From the NCBI GenBank assembly GCA_963706025.1, contig CAVPLM010000005.1, positions 1,120,001-1,184,000 of the forward strand: a stretch of DNA of 64,000 nt, written 5' to 3'. This DNA is from an uncultured Actinomycetes bacterium (GTDB taxonomy: Bacteria; Actinomycetota; Thermoleophilia; RBG-16-64-13). The position numbers and the translations under genes were made by a program. A model generated the notes under the pieces. That model made no database searches, had not been told where the DNA came from, and saw only the letters and a program-made list of their open reading frames with translations. The stretch's first letter is position 1, and each line of letters begins with the position of its first letter. Of the stretch, positions 10,550-23,674 are shown one piece after another.

Positions 10550-11885
10550 TGGCCGAGAAAGCTGGGAGGACATGACCCCCGCCGAGAGGCGAGCCTGGCG
10601 CATCGAGCAAGTGGCGCAATCCGGCGTCGCCGTTCGCGAGCCCGCAGGCCGAGGCCGACTACAAGGCGCGGGTGGACCGGCTCATAGCGGCCATCAACCT
10701 GGAGAAGCCCGACCGGGTGCCGGTGAGTCTCAACACCGGCTGGTGGCCGGCCAGAGCGCCGGCATGACTCCCTACGAAGCCATGAGCGACCCGGCAAGGC
10801 CGCGCAGGCCTGGCTGGACTTCAACGTCGAAGTTCCAGCTGGACGTCATGGTCGACCCCGCTGCACAACACAGTCCCGGCCTCGATGTTCGAGACGATCG
10901 ACTACAGGCTGTACTCCTGGCCGGGCCACGGCGTCGCCAAGGACGCGGGCTACCAGTACAACGAGAAGGAGTGGATGCTCCCCGAGGAGTACGACCACCT
11001 GATCTCGGACCCGACCGACTACATGCTCCGCACGTATCTTCCCCGCACGGTGGGCGCGTTCGCCGGCTTCGGCGGACTGTCCTCGCTCTTCGACTTCATC
11101 GAGCTGCCCTTCGTGGCCGGCCAGGTCGGCGGCTGGGGCATCGCCGGAGATGGTCGGCGGGTCTGGAGAGGCTGACCGCGGCGGCACGAGATGGTCGAAG
11201 CGTGGGCCAGGGCCGACCTTCCCGGAGATCGGCGAGATCATGGCGCTGGGCTTCCCGGCCTACTGGGGTGCGGCGACCAAGGCGCCGTTCGACATCCTGG
11301 GCGACACACTGCGCGGCACTCGGGGGTCATCGTCGACCTCTACCGCCGGCCCGAGAAGGTGCTCGCCGCCTGCGAGCGCCTGGTGCAGGTGGCCATCGAC
11401 TTCGTAACTCAAGCGCCCGGGATCCCGCCGCACGCCCGTCATCTTCATGCCGCTGCACAAGGGCGCGGACGGCTTCATGAGCGACGAGCAGTTCCACACG
11501 TTCTACTGGCCGAGCCTGAAGGCCCTGCTCTGGGCCTCATCGAGGAGGGCTTCATACCCTTCCTGTTCGCCGAGGGGCGCTACGACTCGCGGCTCGAGAC
11601 CATCATGGACCTGCCCAAGGGCGAGACCGTCTGGCTGTTCGACCAGACCGACATGGCCCGGGCCAAGGAGACCATCGGCCAGGTGGCCTGCATCCAGGGG
11701 AACGTGCCCCTGTCGCTCATGCATGCGGCACCGCCGAGGAGGCGGCCGAGCTACGCCGCAAGCTCATCGACGTCGCCGGCAAGGGGGGCGGCTTCATCCT
11801 CGACGTCGGCGCAGTGGCCGACGGGGGCAAGGAGGAGAACCTGCGCGCCATGATCAAGACGGCCAAGGAGTACGGCGTCTACTAG
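10549..11885 (+). CDS. Uroporphyrinogen decarboxylase/MtaA-like family methyltransferase (frameshifted)
   Basis: PDRVPV, KAPFDILGDTLRG, FMPLHKGADGFMSDEQFHTFYWP, CIQGNVP, GGFIL...ENLRAMI segments across frames. Confidence 0.75.
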
Positions 11886-11914
11886 GCAGTCAGAGGACGG
11901 GAAGAGGCGACAGT

Positions 11915-12667
11915 TTGGCCGAGAGCGGTGATCCTGGCCTGCGAGATGATCGAGGACGAGGTGCGGCTGGCGCTGGAGGCGGTGCCGCCGAGCGAGCGGC
12001 CGCCGGTGGTCTGGGTGGAGAGCGGGCTGCACGAGCGGCCGGAGCGGCTGCAGGCGGCGCTGCAGGGGCTGATCGAATGTCGACGGGGGCCGCGGCGGCA
12101 CGGCCGTAGCGTGCTCGGTGCGGCCCGGCAGGGGACCGGCCGCGGAGCGCCGGGAGCAGGTACTGGTAGGCCCGGTGGAGGAGGTGCTGCTGGCCCTGGG
12201 GTTCTGCGGCAGCGCGCTCAAGGGTCTGGTCGCGCGGCATCTGCGCATGGTGTTCCCCCGGGTGGACGACTGCGTCTCGCTGCTGCTGAACCGGGGTTGC
12301 GCACGGGAGGAGATCCCGGGACCCGCGCCACTACTACCTGACCCGCGGATGGTTCAACCACGAGAGCACCCTGCAAGGGAGGCTTCGAGGAGTGGGACGA
12401 GCGGTTCGGCCCGGAGCGAGCGGCGCGCTGCGAAAGACCATGTTCGCGGGCTACGAGCGGGTAACCTGATCGATACCGGCCTACGACGTGGACGAGTGTC
12501 TCGAGCAGAGCCGGGGCGGACGCCGACGATCTGGAGCTGGACCACGGCGTCGTGCAGGGTTCGGTGCAATTGCTGGAGGACTTTCAGGGGGGAGAGGGAC
12601 GGCGAGATAGTGGTGGTGCCGCCGGGGAGCCGATAGGATTCACGCACTTGTTCCTGTCGAAGAGTGA
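11915..12667 (+). CDS. DUF1638 family protein (frameshifted, boundaries approximate)
   Basis: ILACEMIEDE, GLHERPERLQ, LALGFCGSAL, DDCVSLLL, YYLT motifs; typical companion of corrinoid methyltransferases. Confidence 0.7.
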
Positions 12668-12704
12668 GACCGGAAAAACCGTACGGCGAAGATGGAGGAA
12701 TGCA

Positions 12705-13560
12705 GTGGAGACCCGAGTAGCCAGCGCGACGAGCGAAGTCATCATCGGTGGGGGCCGGCCCACGGTGCTCATAGGCGAGCGCATCAACCCCACCGGCAAG
12801 AAGCGCCTGGCCGAGGCTCTGCGGGCCGGCGACCTGAGCGTCGTCCGCGAGGAAGCCCTGGCCCAGGTGGCGGCCGGCGCCGACATCCTGGACGTCAACG
12901 TGGGCGCCACCGGCGTCGACGAGGTGGACGATGCTGCCCCTGGCGGTACAAGGCCGTGGGAGGTGGTGGACGTGCCTCTCTGCATCGACAGCCGCAAGAT
13001 CGAGGCCCTTGCGGCGGCGCTGGACGTCTGTCCGGGACGGCCGATAGTCAACTCGGTCACCGGCGAGGAGGCCTCCCTGGAGACCGTGCTGCCCCTGGTC
13101 AAAGAGCAGGGGCTGCCGGTCATAGGCCTGACCCTGGACGAGAAGGGCATCCCCGCGGACGCCGAAGCGCGCGTGGCCATCGCCCACCGCATCGTGGAGC
13201 GGGCCGAGGCGATGGGCATCCCGCGTGAGGACGTGATCATCGACTGCCTGACCCTGTCGCTGGGCGCGAACGTCAAGGCCGGCCTGGCCACGCTGGAGGC
13301 GACCCGGCGCGTGCGGGACGAGCTGGGCGTCAACCAGACCCAGGGGGCAGCAACATCTCCCACGGCCTGCCCAACCGGCCGGTGCTAACGGGGCCTATCT
13401 GGCCCTGGCCATCGAGGCAGGTCTGACCTGCCCCACGGTGGACGTGGCCCTGGTGCGCCTGGCCGTCCTTTCGGCCGACCTGGTGCTGGGCCGCGACAAC
13501 TACGCCATGAGCTTCATCGCGGCCTTCCGCGAAGCGCAGAAGGCGGCCGAAGCCCAGTGA
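12705..13560 (+). CDS. Methyl-THF:corrinoid methyltransferase (pterin-binding domain, AcsE/MetH/MtqA-like; frameshifted near the 3' end)
   Basis: IGERINPTG, GADILDVN, PLCIDS, IVNSVTG, IIDCL motifs; GGAGG RBS before GTG 12705. Confidence 0.85.
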
Positions 13561-13585
13561 ACGCGGAGGCGAGAAAGGGGTAGAC

Positions 13586-16500
13586 ATGGCCGACCTGCTT
13601 CGTCGCGAGATAATCGGGGAGAACGGTCCGCCGGTAGGCATCTTCATCGATGGGCGTCATCTGCAGGTCGACCGACATGTGTCGATCCTGGACGCCGCCC
13701 AAGCGCATGGGATCTACATACCTACGCTCTGCCACGATCCCCGCTTGGAGCCCGTCGGTCGCTGCAAGCTGTGCCTGGTGGAGGTCGCCGGGGACGGGCT
13801 GGTCTATGCGTGCCAGACCCCGGTGGCCGAGGCCATGGAAGTGATCACCCTGAGTCCACAGATCTCCGATGCGCGTCGGTCCCGGCTCAACGAGTTGCTC
13901 TCCAACCATAACGCCTATTGCGAACCGCCCTGCCACTACGCCTGTCCGGCGGGCATCGACATACCCGCCTACCTGGGAGCGATCGCCGAGGGAGACGACG
14001 CTGAAGCCGTCAGGATCGTCAAGCAGCGACTGCCGCTGCCCCGCATCATCGGCCGGGTCTGTCCCCGGCCGTGCGAGAGCGCCTGTCGCCGCACCCAGGT
14101 CGACGGCGAACCGGTAGCCATCTGTCAGCTGAAGCGCTTCGCCGCCGACCGCGACTGCGCCGGCGGCGCCGGCGAGCGACGAGGCCGCGCCTGAAGAAGA
14201 CGTCGCCCCGGCCAGCGGCAAGAAGGTCGCCGTCATCGGCAGTGGCCCCTCGGGTCTGACCGCCGCCTACTTCCTAGCTCGGGCCGGTCACCAGGTGACG
14301 ATCTTCGAAGCCCATTCGCAGCCCGGCGGCATGATGCTCACCGGGATCCCGCCTTATCGTCTGCCCCGATACGTCATCGCCGAGGAGGTCGACGATATCC
14401 TCAGACTTGGCGTGGAACTGAGGCTTGGTTGCCGGCTCGGCGAGCACGTCACCATCGACAGCCTCGAGGCCGACGGCTACGACGCCATCTATCTTGCCAT
14501 CGGCGCCCAGTGCGGCTCCACCGGTGGCATCCCCGGCGCCGAGGGCGGACAGGGCATCTACCCGGCCGTCGACTTCCTCCGAGAGAGCAATGCCCGGGCG
14601 TGGAAGGAGCCCCTCGGCCGGACGCTGATCGTCGGCGGCGGTTTCACGGCCGTCGACGCGGCCCGATCGGCAGTGCGTCTTGGGGCCGGCGAAGTGACTT
14701 TGGTCTACCGGCGGACCCGCGAAGAGATGCCCGCGACCACGGACGAGGTGGACGAGGCGGAGGAGGAAGGCGTTAACCTGCTGTTGCTCACAGCCCCGGT
14801 CTCCGTGATCCGGGAAGACGGGAGGGTCACCGGTGCGGTCTGTCAGAAGATGGAACTGGGCGAGCCGGACGAAAGCGGCAGGCGACGGCCGGAGCCGGTG
14901 GCGGACTCCGAATTCACCGTCGCAGCGGATACGGTGATCCTGGCGATCGGCCAGGAAGTCGACGACCGCGACCTGGGTGGCTCCTGCACCTTCACCTCCT
15001 GGGGCACCATCGAGGCGGACAAGAGCACTCTGGCGACCAGCAAGGAAGGAGTCTTCGCCGGGGGAGACTGCGAGACCGGGCCCGCGACGGTGGTGGAAGC
15101 CATAGCTGCGGGGCGCCGGGCCGCCATCGCCATCGATGCCTACGTCTCGGGCAGAGACCCGAAGGCGGCCTGCGCCGCGCCCGGCACGCGCCTCGAGCGA
15201 CACCAGCCGAAGTTCTTCGATATCGGTGCCAAGCCTCTTTCTGACGACAAACGCAACCACATCCCCGTGCTCCCTGTCCGGCCCGCCAGAACTTCCACGA
15301 GGTGGAGTTGGACTTCGACGAGGCTGCGGCCAGGAGGGAAGCCGCCCGCTGCATGCAATGCACCTGCCACGCCGCCTCTGCCTGCGAGCTGCAGCGCCTG
15401 GCTATCCGCTACGGCGCCGGTACCACGGAATTCAAGGGTGACCAGGGCAGTTCGAGCTGTTCGACGGGTCGCCCATCCTTCAGCTCGACCGCAAGCGCTG
15501 CATCAAGTGCCACAGCTGCGTCCGCATCTGCGCCGAGGCCGAGCAGTACGGCGTCTACCAGGTGGATGAAGCCGAGTACCCAGAGCTCAAGGGCCTTACC
15601 TACCGGGATTCCGGCTGCGTCTCCTGCGGCCAGTGCCTCGATGTCTGCCCCACGGGCGCACTGGTCAACGCCCAGCTCAAGGGCGCGCACGAATGGGAGA
15701 TAAGCCGGGTGCGCACCACGTGTCCGCTCTGCGGCACGGGCTGCAATTTCGACCTGAACGTCAAAGACGGCAGGGTCGTCGGGGTCACGGCCGCTGCGGA
15801 CGCGCCGGTCAACGGCAGCGCCTTGTGCGTCAAGGGCCGGTTCCACACAGACATGATCCACAGCCCAGAGCGACTCACCACCCCGCTCGTAAGAAGGAAT
15901 GGCGTACTCGAGAGGGCCACCTGGGACGAGGCTCTCGACCTCGTCGCCGCCCGCTTCCAGGAGATACGGGATCGTGATGGAGCGGACGCTTTCGCCGCCC
16001 TCAGCTCGGCCCGTTGCACCAATGAAGACAACTGGCTGATGCAGAAGTTCGTCCGGGTGGTGATGCGCACCAACAACCTGGACCACTGCGCGCGAACCTG
16101 ACACGCTCCCACTGTGGCCGGTCTGGCCGCATCGTTTGGAAGCGCCGCGATGACGAACTCCATCAGTGAGGTCGAGTTCTACGACGCCCTATTCATCATC
16201 GGGTCCAACACCACCGAAGCGCATCCCATAATCGGAAGCAAGATGAAGCGCGCCGCCCGGCGCGGGGCTACGTTGATAGTGGCCGATCCGCGGCACATCG
16301 AATTGGTCGACTACGCCCAGCTGTGGCTGCAGCTCATCCCGGGTACCGACGCGGCTCTCATCAACGGCATGATGAACATCATCATCAACGAGCGCTGGGC
16401 CGACTGGGAGTTCATCGCCAAGCGCTGCGAGAACTACGACGACCTGTGGGAGGTCGTGCAGAAGTACACCCCGGACGTGGTCAGCGAGATCACCGGCGTC

Positions 16501-17723
16501 CCCGAGGACAAGCTCTACGCAGCCGCCGAGCTCTATGCCCATACCCGCCGGGCGGGCATCTTCTACACCCTCGGCATCACCGAGCACACCACCGGTACCG
16601 CCAACGTCATGAACCTGGCCAATCTCGCCATGGTCACCGGCCATGTGGGAGTGGAGCATGCTGGAGTCAATCCACTGCGCGGCCAGAACAACGTGCAGGG
16701 AGCCTGCGACATGGGCGCTCTGCCCAACGTGTTCTCGGACTACCGGCCCGTCACCAGGCCGAGGATGTCGCCGTCTTCGAGAAGGAATGGGGGGCGAGAC
16801 TCAGCACCACGACGGGGCTGCGCACCCCGGAGATGTTCGACGCCATCATCGCCGGCGATCTCAAGGCGATGTACATCATGGGCGAGGACCCGATCCTCAC
16901 CGACGCCGACGCCAATCATGTCCGCAAGGCCATCTCCAGCCTTGAATTCCTGGTGGTCCAGGACATCTTCCTGACGGAGACGGCCAAGTACGCCGACGTG
17001 GTGCTACCGGCCGCCTGTTACGCCGAGAAGGACGGCACCTTCACCAACACCGAGCGCCGGGTGCAGAGGGTGCGGAAGGCCGTCGAGCCTCCGGGTGAGG
17101 CCCGGGCCGACTGGCAGATCATCTGCGACCTCTCCCACCGTATGGGCTACCAGATGGGGTGTGTCTCCCCGGCGGATATCTTCGAAGAGATCCGGACCTT
17201 GACCCCCACCTACGCCGGCATGACCTACGACCGGGTCGATGCCTGCGGTCTGCAGTGGCCATGCCCCGACATCGATCATCCGGGCACTCCCTACCTGCAT
17301 GAGGACACGTTCCCCCGGGGGCGTGGGCGCCTTTTGGGCATCGAATACGAAGCTCCCGCCGAGCTCACCAACGAGGACTACCCTTACCTGCTGACCACCG
17401 GGCGCATGCTCTACCAGTACAACATCTCCACCAGGCAGTCCGCGACCCTCGACTCGCTGGCGCCTTACGAGCTGGCCGAGATCAACCCGGTGGACGCCGC
17501 CTCGATCGGAGTGTCCGAGGGAGAAGAGATGCGGGTCACTTCGCGCCGCGGCTCGGTAGTCACCCGGGTGACGGTCACCGACCGCGTGCCCCCCGGGATC
17601 CTGTTCATGACCTTCCACTTCCGGGAGACGGCGGTCAACGAGCTGACCAATTCCGCATACGACCCCATCTCCAACACAGCGGAGTACAAAGTCTGCGCGG
17701 TCAGGATCGAACCGGCACGATGA
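13586..17723 (+). CDS. fdhA: Selenocysteine formate dehydrogenase alpha subunit fused to a 2Fe-2S domain and a GltD/SfrB-like NAD(P)-flavin domain (several indels)
   Basis: IPTLCHD...CKLC; [20 protein letters not shown]; GSGPSG and GGGFTAVD...YRRT; CIKCHSC/CVSCGQC; [10 protein letters not shown]; [17 protein letters not shown]; LRGQNNVQG; YKVCAV end. Confidence 0.88.
16099..16131 (+). promoter_or_regulatory. Sec UGA codon and bacterial SECIS hairpin
   Basis: In-frame TGA 16099-16101 at the metal-ligand position; stem TGTGGCC (16113-16119), loop GGTCT, GGCCGCA (16125-16131). Confidence 0.85.
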
Positions 17724-17770
17724 GATTGGTGCCCTGACCGATGCCCGGATCGGTGCCCGGACCGGTCCCG
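17723..17770. repeat. Four imperfect 12-bp tandem repeats (consensus about GGATCGGTGCCC)
   Basis: AGATTGGTGCCC TGACCGATGCCC GGATCGGTGCCC GGACCGGTCCCG immediately after the fdh stop. Confidence 0.5.
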
Positions 17771-17786
17771 CTGCTACGTCTTGAGG

Positions 17787-18014
17787 CTACTGCTTCTTCA
17801 GGCTCGTGACGAGTGCAGTTATCTCCTCGGAAAGGACGGGGAACTGTTTGTAGCAGGCCAGAGCGTATGCCTCGAGCGCGGGGATGGCGTACGGGTCGTG
17901 TACGTAGTCGAGAACGAAGTACTTCGAATCCAACCGGTCCCCACCCATGAGGTCTCTCCCGTCGATCCGCTCGACGTAGTACTTCTGTTGTAGCTTGTTC
18001 CTCTTGTCCTCCAT
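17787..18014 (-). CDS. Small hypothetical protein (75 aa)
   Basis: GGAGG RBS then MEDKRNKLQQKYYVERIDG...YFVLDYVHDPYAIPALEAYA... Confidence 0.65.
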   Translation of the reverse strand: MEDKRNKLQQKYYVERIDGRDLMGGDRLDSKYFVLDYVHDPYAIPALEAYALACYKQFPVLSEEITALVTSLKKQ

Positions 18015-18153
18015 GTTGTTCCTCCGGCTGTTTGACACAACGCTATCACGGGAAGACCGGGCCGCGCGGCGGAAGAGGACAATCGGACGGGACATGCCAA
18101 GAACGCTCTTGAGGGCAACCCCGCCGGGGTGGAAGCTCAAGCCGGTCCAGGAG

Positions 18154-19086
18154 CTAACGCCCTGGGGAGAGGCGAGGAAGCTCCTCGTCGTCCGGCGACG
18201 AGCCGTCCTGCCGCCGGCCCTCCTGCGGCGGGCCGGCCGGCGACGGGCTTTGCGAAGGGCCGGCGCTCCGCAGCCGCCGGCTCCGTTGCACGGCAGCCTC
18301 TATCGCCTGCTGAAAAGCCAAGCGGACTCCTCGCTCCTCGAGAACATCCATGCCCGCCTTGTCCATCGGGGTCGCGGCCAGATGCTCCCTGAGCTCGCCG
18401 GGCGAATCCGAGTGGAGAGGTAGGAGCCGGGCGGTTGCGAGCGCTGTCTGTCGCACCAGTCTGCGGGCCGTGACCCGGGGCAGGCCCGCGGCTACGGCAC
18501 CGTCTTCCAGACTCTCCACTGCAAGGGCAAGGAAGGCCGGGCCCGATCCCGACACCGCCGTAACGGCGTCGAGCATGTCCTCGGGGACGGATTCTGTCAC
18601 CCCTAAACCGGCGAACAAACCGATCACGGCCTCGACCTCCGCGGCAGCCGCCCCAGGTTCCGAGGCGACCGCTATCGCACCGACCCCTAGCTCCACGCCT
18701 AGATTCGGCATGACCCGAAAGAGGTTGGGGCCCGGCCCTAGGATGGTCCGCATCCGCCCCATCGTGATCCCCGCCATCGACGAGATCACGGTCTGACCCT
18801 CGCGCAGCAGTGGTGCGATCGCGCCAAGGAGCACCGGGGCGTCTTTGGGCTTGACCACCACAAGGACAAGGTCCGCCTGAGTGACCAAGTCTTCCAGCGA
18901 CCGAGCCGCCGAGATCGGACCTGGCGTAAGCAACCGCTGCGCCGCGGCCTCGATCTTGTCCCAGACGATCAACCGGACTCCCCGCTGCTCAGAACGGAGC
19001 CAGCCCTTGACGAGGGCGGAGCCCATGCTGCCGGTGCCAATACACCGACGGTGGTGACCGAGTCGGCGGTCATGATTCGAGCCCAT
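18154..19086 (-). CDS. proC: Pyrroline-5-carboxylate reductase
   Basis: IGTGSMG, VVKP, ISSMAG, RVMPN, TAVSGSGPAF. Confidence 0.88.
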   Translation of the reverse strand: MGSNHDRRLGHHRRCIGTGSMGSALVKGWLRSEQRGVRLIVWDKIEAAAQRLLTPGPISAARSLEDLVTQADLVLVVVKPKDAPVLLGAIAPLLREGQTVISSMAGITMGRMRTILGPGPNLFRVMPNLGVELGVGAIAVASEPGAAAAEVEAVIGLFAGLGVTESVPEDMLDAVTAVSGSGPAFLALAVESLEDGAVAAGLPRVTARRLVRQTALATARLLPLHSDSPGELREHLAATPMDKAGMDVLEERGVRLAFQQAIEAAVQRSRRLRSAGPSQSPSPAGPPQEGRRQDGSSPDDEELPRLSPGR

Positions 19087-19116
19087 CGCCAGGCCCGGGC
19101 ATCCCAGACCTCGCGC

Positions 19117-20565
19117 TCAGTGAACTACGGGGGCCAGTGATTCTTCGACCCGCTCGGACGCGGGCTCGGCGTCGGCTATCGCCGGCTCGGTGTCGGCTGC
19201 CGCCGGCTGGCCGTCAGAGGGCCTCGTCTCGTTGAGGCAACTCCACACCGGGTTCAGGACACGGCCCGCTTCGGCCGAGTAGGCGTCCATCTCGTCCTGT
19301 AGGTCCGTCAGTATGGAGTCGGCGCCATCGTGCGTGGGATGAGCGCCGGTACAGGCCATGATCTCGCGCGAACAATTCGGGTTGTCGATCCACATGCAGG
19401 GCATGAGCAGATTGTGATTGAAAGGTTGCCGGCTGCGGATCTCGCGGAAGAAGGGCGAGTTGAACGCCTCGAGCAGGCTCATGTACCGGATGTTGTCGGT
19501 CGCGAAGTGGGTGAAGATGCACGGTTCGACCCAGCCTTCGCTGGTGATGTGCATGTAGTGCTTGCCGGCGATGCAGCCACCGACCCAGGGGGCGTCGCCC
19601 CAGAAATCGACGGGGAAGAACGGTTTGGTGGCCCGGAGCCGGTGGATGCCCAGGCGGAACTGTTCGCGATCGGACGGTGTGGGCATCATGTCCACATCCG
19701 GTTCGCGGCCGATGGGCATGTAGAGAAAGTGCCAGGCGATCATCGCCCCTTTGGCGACAAGAGGATCCACGAACTCGTCGCTGACGAGGACCTGCCAATT
19801 GTTCCTCGTGACCGTGGCCGAATAGCCGAACATCACGCCCGCTTCTCCCAGGCGGTCCATGACGCTCATGACCTTCTGGTGAACACCGAGGCCCCTTCTT
19901 TGATCGGTGAGCTCGGGAGTCCCGTCGACACTCAACATGAGGGCGACGTTGCCTATCTTCGCCAACTCGCCGATGATCTCGTCGGTGAGCAGAGTGCCGT
20001 TGCTGAAGATCTGGAACATCGAGTCCCTATTGGCCCGTGCGAAGCCGAGCAGGTCGGGGTAGAGGAACGGTTCACCTCCCAGGAAGGTGAACAGGTACAC
20101 ACCCATGTCATTGCCCTCGTCGACGATACGCTGCAGGAGCTCGCGATCCAGATCTTGATCGGGCGAGTACTCCCCCGCGTAGCAGCCCGCGCAGGTGAGA
20201 TTGCAGCGCATCGTGGGGCTCATCAGTAGGGTCGTCGGGGCCATCATGCCCGTGGTCTCGGTGAGTTCTTTCCTCTTGGCCGCACCCCTAAGGAGGGTGT
20301 TGACTACCAGGCACTCGATGAAGCGATCGCGGCACTCGGGGCTGAGCTTGGTGGTCACGTGACGCGACATCAGAAGAACCGGATGGTCAGCCTCGACTTT
20401 GTCGCATAGGAACCGGACGGACCCTTTGTGGGCGTCGGGGGTGATCATTTCGGCAAGCTTGAAGGCTTTGATGATCTTGGCTTTGTCCCCGCCGGCGGCA
20501 AGCGTGAGCATCCGACCGATCATGCGTCGCTGCATCCCGTTGTATAGCCCGTCTACGTGACCCAC
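19117..20565 (-). CDS. Radical SAM protein with SPASM/twitch-like C-terminus
   Basis: CNLTCAGC, GGEPF, GGCIAGKHYMHITSEGWVEPC; AAGGAGG RBS before GTG 20565. Confidence 0.85.
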   Translation of the reverse strand: MGHVDGLYNGMQRRMIGRMLTLAAGGDKAKIIKAFKLAEMITPDAHKGSVRFLCDKVEADHPVLLMSRHVTTKLSPECRDRFIECLVVNTLLRGAAKRKELTETTGMMAPTTLLMSPTMRCNLTCAGCYAGEYSPDQDLDRELLQRIVDEGNDMGVYLFTFLGGEPFLYPDLLGFARANRDSMFQIFSNGTLLTDEIIGELAKIGNVALMLSVDGTPELTDQRRGLGVHQKVMSVMDRLGEAGVMFGYSATVTRNNWQVLVSDEFVDPLVAKGAMIAWHFLYMPIGREPDVDMMPTPSDREQFRLGIHRLRATKPFFPVDFWGDAPWVGGCIAGKHYMHITSEGWVEPCIFTHFATDNIRYMSLLEAFNSPFFREIRSRQPFNHNLLMPCMWIDNPNCSREIMACTGAHPTHDGADSILTDLQDEMDAYSAEAGRVLNPVWSCLNETRPSDGQPAAADTEPAIADAEPASERVEESLAPVVH

Positions 20566-20806
20566 CCACTCCTCCTTGTCCGTTTCGCTGGGTCGTGCAG
20601 CCGACCGTGCTGAGACTTGGGGCCTCCATTCTACCCCCGCAAGCGTCACAACGGAATCACATTCGCACCAAACACCCGCCAAATATGGGGATCGGCGTCA
20701 CGGATTCCATGGCGGCCCCAGAACTGCTAGGGTTGATAGCAGTAGCATAGAGGGAACAACGAACCGACATCTGCCGGCGGCGACGGCCCGTCCAAGGAGA
20801 ACGATC

Positions 20807-23620
<2,814 letters not shown>

Positions 23621-23674
23621 GCCGAGGCCCGACAGCGACCCCGCCGGCCGGCGAAGGTGACGAGCCCGGAAGGG

